A DNA stretch of 60,274 bases from Mobula birostris (taxonomy: Eukaryota), in assembly GCF_030028105.1 (NCBI RefSeq), contig NC_092370.1, forward strand, positions 68,001,638 to 68,061,911. The letters are read 5' to 3'. Under the pieces are notes generated by a model. The model was not told the origin of the DNA and made no database searches. It was given only the letters and a program-made list of their open reading frames with translations. The position numbers were made by a program, and so were the translations under genes. Shown here in pieces: positions 9,413-21,508 of this stretch. Each line of letters opens with the position of its first letter. Position 1 is the stretch's first letter.

Positions 9413-12400
9413 ATCTCCTTTCTACTCAGAGAGACCAGCAAACAGAACGCGTATGCCGTTTGCTGGTATTGCAGTATGTGCAGGATGGCACTGATTACAT
9501 GTATACTGCTTTGTGAGTACGGTGGGCCATATCCCAAAACCATTTCCTCAATGTGTAACTTCCATTTAACCACAGACATTGCACAGAATAGAGCTAAGTG
9601 CTACAGGGAGAATGAAACAGAATGTGCTTCAGAAATGAATTAGCCATGGTGATGCGCATTTGATGGGATGAATGGCCTTATTCTGCTTCTATATCTTATG
9701 TTGTTATGGTCTTATCATCTAGGTCAATGCACAATAACCAGGCAAGACCATTTTGCAGCGGACTACTTTGCTTGCTGTATTTCAGATATCAGGATAATTC
9801 AAAAATTGGTGACGAAGTTAAAAATTCTATCCATTGATGGCGGAATTCACAAGAGTAGTTTATAATATCCACACTTGTAAGCAGCTTACATACAGTGAAA
9901 ACCCTGTTGTCATTGGCATGTAGAACCAAAGATTCCATTGCCTGGACTATTTTACTGAAGGTATGCTTGAGAGTTAAGATTAGATCAAGTGCATAAAATA
10001 CATGCTGCCAATATTCAGAAACAATCCTTGCTTTCATCCGTTGGGCAGTTAGATAGGAGGAATATTACAAGGGAGAAGAGGAAATGGAAGAGGAGCTGAT
10101 AGAAAAGCCAGTGGAAAAGAGAGGCTGAATCATAGAAGCCCCTTTCTACTGAGGCCACCCATGAGGAACTAACAAGCGCAACACTCGTAAGCCTCATCCC
10201 AATTACCATTCATCAACTGACCACCACGCCTGAGACACTCCTTTCTCCTGTCAAAGACAATCGGCTTCCTAAGGTTTTGTGCAAAAAAAAAACAAAATAC
10301 ACATTCCAAATTCCTAATGTTAGAGGCATTCAGTTTTGATAACACATTTATTATCACCTGCATTATTAGAAGCTTTTGCATTTCCCTCATCAGCTCTCTT
10401 TATTTCATTAATTTATTATTTCACTAATCAATCCACACTTCTCCAAGAGATTGCTGATTCTGTTCCTCGTTATTGCTTCTAAATTTTTCTCCACCACCAA
10501 GGTTGCAATGACTGGTCTGTAGTTACTGAATTTATCTCTGAATCATTTTTGAACGGGGATGGAGCATTTGCGATTTTCTGGACACTGAGCACCACACGAC
10601 AGATGGTTGGAAGATTATGACCAAGATCTCTGCTCCCTCCTTTCCTCATCAATCTATAATGCATATTGTCTTAACTTTTATTTAAAGTGCAGCTGGCCTT
10701 TCGAGTATCTACATTTTACTTAATGTTTATCCCACCCAGAATCTCATCTATTTATTACTTTGCAGTTATTCCAGCAACATCTTTTTTGCTAAAAACACCA
10801 TTTCTGTTTACATGCAAATTTTTGGATTCTCTTTTATGATGATGGCCGGTTTTCTCACGTTTTCTCTCTCTGCTGATTTTATCCATTTTTACTTTCTGTC
10901 TGATGTTCTCACTGGGTTAACGTGTTAGGTTCTGTCACACATTCTTTCTTGTCTTCTCTTTTGCCCTCTGCCTTTTTGGTCAACCAAGGTATGTGTACTT
11001 TAATTTTACTATCTTCCCCTTCTGAATGTGTATTTTGATAGCTACTTAAACAATTCCATCTTAAAGTTCTCTCGTTATTCATTTGCCCTTCTTGCCTGCC
11101 AAGCTTTGATTTTAATTTACCTGTGCCAGATTTGTTATCATAGCATTGAAAATAGCCCTTCTCCCAGTGACAATTTTTTTTTAACCATCGATTAGTCAAT
11201 ATGCTCTTCTAAACTTTGTGTATAATAATGGTTGTTTCTTAGATGACCCCCCCCTCGCCCCAAATGATACTTATTCTGCTGGGTTTGGCTCATTTCCCAG
11301 AATAGAGTCCAACAATACATCTTTCTAATTGAGCCAGAAATATTCTGATCAAAAAGATGTTCTGAATATACTTTAGAAACTCATCAGGTTCCTACGATAT
11401 GTATTTATAGCTGAAGTTCATTACCGTTACATTATGGCTTTGCATTTATCTGCAATTTCCTTGCAAACTTGCTCTTCAATTACTTTTCTCACTAGTATGT
11501 GGCATAAGGGACAATCTTGGTAGTGTAACAGTACCTCCACTGCTTCTTAACTTTAAACCTTCAGTTTGTGATTGGATATCCTTATCACTAGCAGTGCAAA
11601 ATTCCTAACCATTGGTGCCATTTCCCTCCAATTTTTCATTATTTATGTTTTATGAATGTCTTAAAAAGTTCTGGAAAAACACATCAACTGTGTGTGAGAT
11701 TTGTTGTAGTTCCATTGTTTATTATTTTGTTTTGTGGGCAGTCATGAACCAAATGTTAAATAAAGGTGAATGAGAGGATTTGAGGAGAAGCTCCAATATG
11801 TCCATAGCAACTCATAACCTCTTAGCAACACCCCCAGTCCAGCCACAGATACCTGTTAGTTTAAACTATAATGCAGTTTAAAGAGGGCAGGAATGTCCAC
11901 AGGAGAGGTTCTGATGATTTTGGGTTGTTGTACTGACCAGTGTTCTGTGTTCTCTGACAACTTGACCTCAAAACAACAGCAACAATGTTCCAGATCCAAA
12001 TATATCTACTTGAAAGACTATGTGAATTTGTTAGCTAATAAAGGTTACGTTTTGTTATCGTCAGATTGACTATTCATCATGTGCTCTTCTACCTTGATAA
12101 TTTTGGGCAATTTTAGATCAATAGTAGAGTTATGTGATACACAATTACCAGACATGTTATTACAATACTGGCTATGAAGCCTAAGGTTTTTCTTTCTGCA
12201 CAAATGCTGACCGATCTTCTGGGTATTTTCTGTTTTGAGTTCAGATTTACAACAAACTCTAGTGTTTGTACTTCACAGTTGCATCTTTCTTTGTTCACCC
12301 CTCTCTATTTACAGTATACCTCATCCAAAAAAAATCAACTATAATTTAACAAGCCTTCAGCATTTTCTTTAACTCTCAGTCAGCACCAACACCATTTATG

Positions 12401-12569
12401 TTATTTACTCCCTCTTGGTTTTCACCCTGTCACTCATATTCTTGTTAATCTCTCCTTTTTCCTCACTTCTCCTCAGTTAGAAACATCTTGGATCTCTAAT
12501 TTTTCTGAATTCTGATGAAAGATAATTGATCCAAAACTTCAACTCCGTTGCTCCATGTGGCTCTGACAT

Positions 12570-13470
12570 GAAGTGCTTCGAGAGGCACACATTGACTCCG
12601 GCCTCCCAGACAACCATAAGCCATTGTACTTTGCTTACCACTGAAACAGTTCAACAGCAGATACCATCTCCCTCATCTTCACTCATATATGGAGTATCTG
12701 GACAGTAAAGACACCAACCTTCACCTATTTTTTTTATTGACTACAGCCTCAGCTCTCAATGGTATAATTCCAAGTAAACTCATTTCTAAACTGGACCTGG
12801 CACTCGACATTTCCCTTTGCAACTGTATCCTTGATTTCCTGATGAACAGACAGCAATCAGTAAGGATAGGCAGCAAGGCCTCCGCCATGATTATCCTCAA
12901 CACTGGTGCCCCATGAGGTTGCATTCTCAGCTCCCTCCTCTACTGCACGTTCACTCATGCCTCTGTTGCCAGATTCTGCTCTAGTTCCATCTACAAGTTT
13001 GCAGATGATAACACTGGTGTGAACAGTACCTCAAATAAGAGCGAATTGACTTCAGGAAGAAGGTGGTACATACAGTATGCTCCCGTTTACATTAATGCAC
13101 CATCCTAGTCTAACCATGTTGATCCCATGGCCAAGAAGACTCACTAGTGCCTCTGGTTTCTCAAGAGAGGATAAAAGTTAGCATGTTCTCTTTAGCGCAC
13201 AGCAACTTTATTGATAGAAAGCACCCTATCTGGATGCATCACGGCTTAGTGTTGCAACTAGTGTGACGGCACCACAGAGAATTGCAAACACACTTCAGCA
13301 CATCTCCTGTTAACTCTCTTTACACTTCTTGTTCCCTCAATAAAGCAGCCAACATAATCAAAGTCCCCATCCACCCTAGACATTCAATCTTCTTCTCCCT
13401 CCCATTGTCCAGAAGATATAAAAGCTGGAAAACCCATATTATCAGGCTGAAGAACAACTGTTTATGAAAC
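12570..13470 (+). mobile_element. Old Rex1/Babar LINE RT fragment
   Basis: IIPSKLISKL...CILDFL..RQQSVRIG...LNTGAP motifs, with many stops and frameshifts. Confidence 0.8.
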
Positions 13471-13489
13471 TATGTGACTATTATTATGA

Positions 13490-14730
13490 GTCAACAGCAG
13501 ATGCCATTTCATGGACATTTCACTCAACCCTGAAATATCTGGACAGCAAAACCAAAAACATCAGGATGTTCATTATCAGCTACAATTACTATTATCTCTT
13601 CAAAACTAATCAATAAGCTTCAAAGCCTTGGTCTCAGCACCTCCTTGTGAAAGTGCATCCTCAAGTTCCTCTCTTGTTAACCCCACTCAGTTCAAATTGG
13701 CAACAACATCATCTCCACAATCTCCATCAGCACAGGTGTACCACAATGTTGGGTGCATTGCCCTCTGCTCGCCTCGCTTTATACTTACGACTGTGAGGCT
13801 AAGTACAGCTCAAATGCCATATTTAAGTTTGCATGCAATACCACTGTCATTGGCTGAATCAAAGGTGGGGACAAATCAGCAGTTAGGAGGGAGATTGAAA
13901 ATCTGGTTAAGTAGTCCACCACAACGACCTCTCATTATATGTTAGAAGGACCAAGGAGCTGATTATTAACCAGAAGGATTAAACCAGAGGTCCATGTGCC
14001 AGTCCTCATCGGGGGATCAGAGGTAGAGAGGGTTAGCTACTTTAAATTTCTCAGTGTTATCATTTCAGAGAATCTGTCCTGGGCCTAGCATGTTAGTGCA
14101 ATTATGAAGAAAGCACAGCAGCGCGTCCATTTCCTAAGAACTTGTGAAGATTTGGCATGACATCAAAAACTTTGACAAACTTCAATAGATATATGGTGGA
14201 GATTTTATTGATTGACCTGGTAAGGAAACACAATGCCCTTGAATGCAACGGCCTACAAAAAGTAATGGATTTTGCCCAGACCTTCACAGGCAAAGCCCTT
14301 CCCACCACTGAGCACATTTACACAGAGTGCTGTCACAGGAAAGCAGCATCTAGGCCATGCTCTTTTCTCACTGCTGCCATCAGGAAGAAGGTACAGGAAC
14401 ATCAGGACCAACACCACCTGGTTAAGGAACAGTTACTACCCACAACTATCAGGCTCTTGAAGTGGAGGAGATACTTCTCTCAACTTCACTCACCCTGTCA
14501 CTGAACTGTTCCCACAACCTATGGACTTATTTTCAAGGACTCTTCATTTCATGTTATCTATTGCTTATTTATTACTTTTTTTTGTACTTGCACAGTGGTT
14601 GTTTGTCCATCCTGTCGGGTGCAGTCTTTCATTTATAATATTGTGTTTCTTGCAGTTACTCAGTATGCTCGCAAGAAAATGAATCTCAGGCTTGAATGTG
14701 GTAAACCTTTGATAATAAATTTACTTTGAA
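13490..14730 (+). mobile_element. Rex1/Babar LINE, 5'-truncated, RT through 3' tail
   Basis: RT remnants, SKTLTNFNRY...LQKVMD motif, and tail aataaatttactttgaa. Confidence 0.85.
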
Positions 14731-15299
14731 TGATTGAACAGTTCCTTAATCCCTTAATCTATCGCATTATGACTCACACGTTATTGTCTATCTGTAATGC
14801 ACTTTCTTTTTACAGTTATTGTTTTACTTGTTGAATTGATTTTTATGAACAATATGCAAGACAAGCTTCCGTATCTATATATACATCTATACACATCTGT
14901 ATACATGGCCATAATGAAGCAATTTACCAATTTCTCTCCACAAATACTCCATGACCTGCTGAGTACTTACAATATTTTCTGTTTTCATTTTATATTTCCA
15001 GCAACTGCAGCATTTTTGCTTTTTGGTAAAGATGTGACTATAGGTGGTAGGTTGTTAATTGTAATATGAAGATTTTTTTTATTATTAAATGTTAGAGACA
15101 AGTTGAGAAGACAAAATGTTAGAGAAGAAAGATTGCTATACAACGATTAGTGTGATGTGAAGTTGGGTCTCTATTTCCAACATAAACAAGAGTTGTGTTG
15201 AATGAACGATTTTTTTTTAACTTTGTAAAGCCAGGACCAATAAACTAATTACATCTATCTAGTACCTTTTAAATTTGTCTACTTTAACACCTAAGGAGA

Positions 15300-15905
15300 T
15301 GGACCTAAGGCAGAACCATTTCTATTGACAGAAGAAGGGGCAAACGTGCGTTACTGGTACCTTAAAACCAGTCACTTCGAGCAGATAGGGCTCGTCAGCT
15401 GTGGTTGGCAGCTCATCTAGGAGAAAGAAAACTCTAGTCTCAAACCTCTGCTACCTTGTGGCTATATCCACTCATTGGGAAGGCTTCTGTAGTAAATCCT
15501 GAGGGAAAAATCTGGAGCTGGAGTTCCTAAGGCAGTCCTACATATGTGATAGATTGAGAGATCAAGGAACTGTCCAATAGTTCAAAGTTCAAAGTAAATT
15601 TATTATCGAAGATTTACCATACTCAAACCTGAGATTCGTTTTCTTGTGAGCATACTGAGTAAGTGCAAGAAACCCAACAGAATGAATGAGTTCAATGCTG
15701 ACTGGCAATTCCTGTGACACTGCTGCTACCAAACTGCATCGGTCTGTGTTGTTCCTTTGGGTTCATCAGATGCGTGGAGAGGGGGAGCTTGCTACATGGG
15801 CAACAACTTGCTCTCCATAGTGTACTGCCCAGGCTTGTGTATCTAGACAGCTAGGACGAAATATCCACGGTCAGCTCTGACTGATGGAAGCCCTCATCAT
15901 ACCTC
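15300..15905 (+). mobile_element. Short non-autonomous retroposon (RTE-like, tentative) with a nested minus-strand Rex1 tail at about 15579-15688
   Basis: Flanked by 19-bp direct repeats ACTTTAACACCT(A/T)AGGAGA (15281-15299 and 15906-15924); ends in a short CAT repeat; no ORF. Confidence 0.6.
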
Positions 15906-16218
15906 ACTTTAACACCTTAGGAGAAAACATCATGAAAAAAGTATACAAATTATTTAAAGCATCTGCTGACAATTGCTCCGTACAATTTCAAGAGGATTAA
16001 GCTTCACGCAAAGCTCAGCATGTGCATTGAATGATAAGGTAAATGAAACTAAAGAATGATCTGTTGCTTGTGCACCATTGTATAAACATGATAATCATAT
16101 TTGCATGATCTTTCTGTATGAAAAAGTTCTCTGGTAAACAAGAATTTCATCTTCACCTACGTAACATACATCACAAGCCATCCAAAACAAAACTCAAATT
16201 TACATTAACCACACTCAC

Positions 16219-16369
16219 CTGTCTCCTTTGAAGAAGTAGGTTTTGCCAACGTCTTCCCACCACACTGCTGTGTCAATGCCTTGGGAAGGTACACCACTTC
16301 CTAGTTCCACCAAATTCTGAGGATAACCTAATTCCAGTGTAGCTTCTTTGAAGACCCAATACTTACTAC
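16219..16369 (-). CDS. MMP16: MMP16 coding exon, hemopexin domain (human exon 8 equivalent, 151 bp)
   Basis: AG|GTAGTAAG...GGAGACAG|GTGAGT; translates to (G)SKYWVFKEATLELGYPQNLVELGSGVPSQGIDTAVWWEDVGKTYFFKGD(R). WWEDVGKTYFFKGDR is characteristic of MMP16. Confidence 0.96.
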
Positions 16370-16764
16370 CTGTTGAGTAAATATTCTGATATTAAGAGTC
16401 AGTTTTTCATGTTGATATTTGAAGAATAAATTCAGATTAGTCTCATTCATTTGTTTGAAACTTCAAAGGCATAGATTTACTTCCTCCATTGCGATACTTT
16501 CTGAATCTTTGTTAACAATTGCAAGGAGAACAAGCTCATCATTTTTGGTTAATTAAATCTGCACAATTTTGTCCCAAGATACTTCAGCATCCTTAGGCTG
16601 GAAAAAAGTTAAATTAACATAAGGTAAATTGCATTTTTGCTGCTAAAAAGCTGAAATATAATGGGCAGAAGGAGAATCTTGATCAGAAAATGGGTAATGA
16701 AACTATATCTTCAACAAAGTTTTCTCTTTTGCACAAATCATTTGGCAGTCTGTTGGAGAAACAG

Positions 16765-16910
16765 AGCAATGTGGTGTAGCAGCAGTTGCGTTGCAGTCTC
16801 ATGGCTTCAGAGATCTAGGTTCACTCCTGACCTTGAAGTCTGCATGCTTTCTCTTTGGCTCTGCAGCTCTCTTTTGGGTAGTCTGGTTTTTTCCCTCATC
16901 CCAAGTACTG
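16765..16910 (+). mobile_element. Highly degenerate tRNA-derived V-SINE/HE1-like SINE
   Basis: Remnant A and B boxes (ggttcactcc) and weak similarity to the SINE at 34335. Confidence 0.45.
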
Positions 16911-17286
16911 GTTTCTGTAAAGTATCCCCTGGTAGGGATTATTCTGGAGCTATGAAATCATAGATAGTGGTTATTAATTAAAATAAGAACCAGTCATCAG
17001 TAAATAAAACCCGTTCACAATTTAACTTTAACTGAGACTTTGGGGTCATTGAAACCTATCAATGGATATAGGACTTTGAAACTATGCAGGAGAAGACTTA
17101 AGGTTACATTAGGGAAGGCATTAAGTGGCCATCTCCTCTGTTGACACTTTGTTATAGGCATATCCATGCCATATAATGCACAGCTCAGGACAGATCTGTT
17201 TTATCACTGAATATTCAGGCTAGTTGTATATTTGGGGAGCTATTCCTCAACGCTAACAAAAGAGTTGGGTGTCTGGAATGTCTTGT

Positions 17287-17397
17287 AAACACAAAATACT
17301 CTGCAGATGCTGGGGTCAAAGCAACACTGACAACACACTGGAGGAACTCATCAGGTCGGGCAGCATCCATGGAAAAGATTGGTCGATGTTTCGGGCG
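17287..17397 (-). mobile_element. Short Penelope-terminal derivative, truncated inside the hammerhead motif
   Basis: Reverse complement of the 21430-21508 and 31695-31804 type sequence; keeps GAAACATC-GAC but lacks CTGANGA. Confidence 0.75.
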
Positions 17398-18319
17398 AAG
17401 GGTGTGAATCTATTCAAATGTGCAGAACTAAAAATATTATCCTGCGGGTATAAGTATACAGAGACAAAGATTGATTAGGGTTAGAGAAAAAGTAATATTG
17501 CCGAGAACCATTTCTTGTCATAGCAATATGAAAATGCTGCAAAATTGGTATAACTCTAGGGAAAGGCTGAAGTTGTGGTTACAAGTTAAACACAAATGAA
17601 GTGTAGCAAACTCTGATTCAGTACTTTAAAGAAGCTTTACACCATTCCCCAAAGCATTTCAGGTGAAGTTCTTTCTGATCTTTCATTGCTAAAATAATTA
17701 TCAGGTTGGGGAAACTATTGCAGACCACGCAGTCTCGAACACAGCTCTTTGTCAGGTTAAATCTTGTAATGACTCATGACTACAGCCATAACTCAAAAGA
17801 CCTTGCTAGACCGTGGGAACTGCAGCTGGATGAAGGTTTTTAAGTCGCTGAGCCGTTCAGTTTTTTTTCTCAACATCAGCAGAAGGTGTATGTTTGACTG
17901 CTCATGGTTAGCAGTTCTGCAAGGAATTTCCTGTCATTCTACTTAATCTTTCTAATGCTCATTCCATCAGACTTGTTATATTTAGAAAGCACTGGCTGTC
18001 TTTTAGAAAACCACAATATGTTTGAATTTGTTCCCAATCCTGCAGTCTAAGCATCTTTCCTATATCTGATTAATAGTTTAAAGTGGTTTTCTATTTTACT
18101 AAACTGACAAGAAAAAAATCATAATAAACTAAACTGCAACTTGTAACAAGCTGTACTTCAGGACATCTTTATTGATGTATGGACATTTTGACAAACGGGC
18201 TGTGTGGAGGAGTAGACCCATCAGTAGCCTAATCGTCATTAAACTGGATGACTGATGAGTGTTCTGAGTATTTCAGTTTCACTGAAGACTTGTTTTCAGT
18301 GGGGGGAGGGAGGGATAGG

Positions 18320-19188
18320 CAGACATCCCACCCTGCAAAGACTCATTTCAGGGAGGTAGCACCATCAATTTCCAGGAGAGGTGGGATGTCTGCAACAGAG
18401 TAGCTCCTGAGCAGCTAGCCAGCTAGTTTAAATAACGTTAGCTATGCTAATGAACGAATGACACCTGTTAAACTCACCTCAACATGTCTTTTACAGTCTT
18501 AACCCACCACGGGCAATAGAAAAGTCACTGTTGCAGACAGCACAGTGAGCAACACTGTCATTATTTCTGACCCCTATTAGGCAGGGGTACACTTTAGTGT
18601 AGTCTGGGGTGAAGTATGTTTTATATTTTCTTTTTTTGGAACACCCTGCCATGGCATACTCTCACTCTCTCGCTCGCTCTCTCTCTCACTCTCCCTCTCG
18701 CGCTCTCTCTTTCTCTCTCATGCTGTCTCTCGTGCTCTCTCTCTCTCGTGCTCGCTCTCTCACTTGTGGTTGCTCTCTCTCTCTCTCTCACGCTCACTCA
18801 CTCTCTCTTGCTTTCTCTCGCACTCTCTCTCTTTCACGCTCTCTCTCTCTCTCGCGCTCTCACTTTCTCTCTCGCGTGCTCGCTCTCATGCTCTCTCTTT
18901 CTCGTGCTCGCTTGCTCTCTCTGGTGCTCTCTCTTGCTCTTGCTCTCTCTGTCTCACGCTCGCTCTCTCTCTTGCACTCACTGTCTCTCTCTCTCTCTCG
19001 CTCTTTCTCGCGCTCACTTGCTCTCTCTTGCGCTCTCTCTCGCACTCACACACGCGCTCTCTCTTTCTCCCTCGCTCACACTCTCAAAAGATTGATTTCC
19101 ATGATATTGTATATAATTTGCGGGCATCAGGGAGCCGCTATTAATATGCGGGAGTCTCTCGGAACTTCCGGGAGAGGTGGAATGTCTG
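18320..19188. mobile_element. Non-autonomous DNA transposon (MITE-like), superfamily unassigned
   Basis: TIRs CAGACATCCCACC (18320-18332) and GGTGGAATGTCTG (19176-19188); 6-bp TSD GATAGG (18314-18319 and 19189-19194). Confidence 0.8.
18659..19086. repeat. Degenerate (CT)n/(CTCG)n low-complexity tract
   Basis: Seen directly; it explains the SL- and RE-rich ORFs in this interval. Confidence 0.95.
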
Positions 19189-19481
19189 GATAGGGTAGGC
19201 CTCTTCAACAGCAAATTTCACAGTAGATAATTAATATAATTGCAAATTCCTATCAGTGGAAATAATTGGTGGCTTTAGGTTTATTCAGTAATATTTCCTG
19301 GTTTTTTAGCAAAATTATTCAAAATAATACTTTAAGGAACATACCTTATAATGTTTTATCTTTACATTGATAACATATTAATCAGTTACCATGGGTTATT
19401 GTTTTGAAATTTTACTAGATGTGCAGGAAAACTATTTGTAGGAAAATAATAGGCTTCTAAGTCTGTTATCTTCTAAGAAGA

Positions 19482-19812
19482 TTGTTCCCGATGTTGAGGA
19501 AGTCCAGAATGAGGGGTCACAGTTTGAGGATAAAGGGGAAGCCTTTTAGGACCGAGATTAGGAAAAACTTCTTCACACAGAGAGTGGTGAATCTGTGGAA
19601 TTCTCTGCCACAGGAAACAGTTGAGGCCAGTTCATTGGCTATATTTAAGAGGGAGTTAGATATAGCCCTTGTGGCTAAAGGGATCGGGGTTATGGAGAGA
19701 AGGCAGGTACAGGGTTCTGAGTTGGATGATCAGCCATGATCATACTGAATGGCGGTGCAGGCTCGAAGGGCCGAATGGCCTACTCCTGCAACTATTTTCT
19801 ATGTTTCTATGT
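19482..19812 (+). mobile_element. Young 5'-truncated CR1 3' end
   Basis: RGHSLRIKG..FRTEIRKNFFTQRVVNLWNSLP; tail ttctatgtttctatg; near-identical to 40030-40350. Confidence 0.92.
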
Positions 19813-20405
19813 AACATGTTTCTCAGGCTCTGAGTTTAGGGCTGGCAAAGACTGCAAGCTTCTCACATCTTTAATGACAATAGGGATGAGTGCTAGAGTA
19901 GCAACTTGCTTTGAATCATTATTCTTTCAAAAATACTAAATAACATTTAGTAATGAGCTTCTAAATAAATATTTAAGGAGACATTAATATCCTTTGTTGC
20001 TAAGTTACATACAGACGGTCGTGTATTAAGTTGGTTTGCATTCCTGGAAAATTGTCCATACTGCAACTTTTCACAACACAAAGTCAAGAAATGCCTACTG
20101 AAAAATTGTATTTATTAATTTACTTATTTCACATTAATTCAGTGAGAATAATTATTAGTCTACGTACATCTTAAGTTTTGGCTGGTGATTTGTGAATTCT
20201 GAGGGCAAATTTCTGTTACCCGAACAATAACACAGGGTCATCTGCAAACTGATTCTTATTTGGATTTCTTTTTTACTTTAAAATAAAGGAATAAACATGG
20301 TGGGAAGTATTGGACCCAAAGCTCAGATAATTTAAAGGAAATCAGTATAATGAGAAAGCCTTTTTAAAGAAATTTAAAGAATTTTAAAGAAATTTAAAGA
20401 AATTT

Positions 20406-21508
20406 CAGAACGGAGATGTCTGCCTTCTTCAAAGAAAGAGGTTTCCCCTCCTCCACCATCAATGCTGCCCTCAACCGCATCTCTTCCATTTTGCGTGTAT
20501 CTGCCCTCACCCCATAAAGGATAGGGTTCCTCTTGACCTCACCTACCACCCCACCAGCCTCCACAGCAGTACACAATTCTCCGTAACTTCCGCCTTCTCT
20601 AACTGGATCCTACCATCATGCATATCTTTCCTTCACCCCCACTCTGCTTTCTGCAGGAATTGCTCCCCACGTGACTCCCTTGTCCATTCAGCCCTCCCCT
20701 CTGATCTCCCTCCTGGCACTTATCCTTGCAAGCAAAACAAGTGCTACACCTCCTCCCTCACTACCATTTAGGGCCCCAAACAGTCCTTCCAGGTGAGACA
20801 ACACTTCACCTGTGAGTCTGTTGGGGTCATGTACTATGTCCAGTGCTCCCGGTATGGCCTCCTGTATATCGGTGAGACCCAACATAGATTAGGAGACTGC
20901 TTCACCGAGTACCTACGTTCCGTCTGCCAGAAAACATGGGATCTCCCAGTGGCCACCTATTTTAATTCCACTTCTCATTCCCATCCTGACATGTCTATCC
21001 ATGGCCTCCTCTACTGACGCTATGAGGCCACACTCAGGTTGGAGGAACAACTCCTTATATTCCATCTGGGTAGCCTCCAAACTGATGGCATGAACATCGA
21101 TTTCTTGAACTTCCCGTAATGCCACCCACCCCTCCCCCCTCAGCATTCCCCACACCTCTTTCCCTCTCTCACCTCATTTCCTTGCCTGTCCAACACCTCC
21201 CTCTGGTGTTCCTCCCCCTTCTCTTTCTTCCATGGACTTCTCTCCTCTCCTGTTAGACTCCCCCTTCACCAGCTCTGTAACCCTTTCAACAATCAACTTC
21301 CCAGCTCTTTACTTCACCCCTTTCTCCCTCCCGGTTTCACCTATCAGCTTGTGTTTCTCCCTCCCCTTCCCCCCACCTTCTAATTCTGACTCCTCATCTT
21401 TTTTTCCTGCAGGCCTGCTGAAGGGCCTCAACCAGAAATGTCGACTGTACTCTTTTCCATAGATGCTGATTGGCCTGCTGAGTTCCTCCAGCATTCTGTG
21501 TGTGTTGT
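20406..21508 (+). mobile_element. Penelope-like retroelement, 5'-truncated (GIY-YIG endonuclease plus terminal repeat)
   Basis: ORF 20793-21017 FTCESVGVMYYVQCSRYGLLYIGET..RL...F.EYLRS fits a PLE GIY-YIG domain. Pyrimidine-rich 3' region and a mutated hammerhead motif at 21410-21447. Confidence 0.92.

Noticed and set aside
16219-16369. Assignment to MMP14, MMP15 or MMP24
   Set aside because: [25 protein letters not shown] and MQI.YFWRGLP fit MMP16 better than the paralogues as I recall them.
18609-19214. Long ORFs (194, 159 and 126 aa) on both strands
   Set aside because: Artefacts of the stop-free CT-rich tract.
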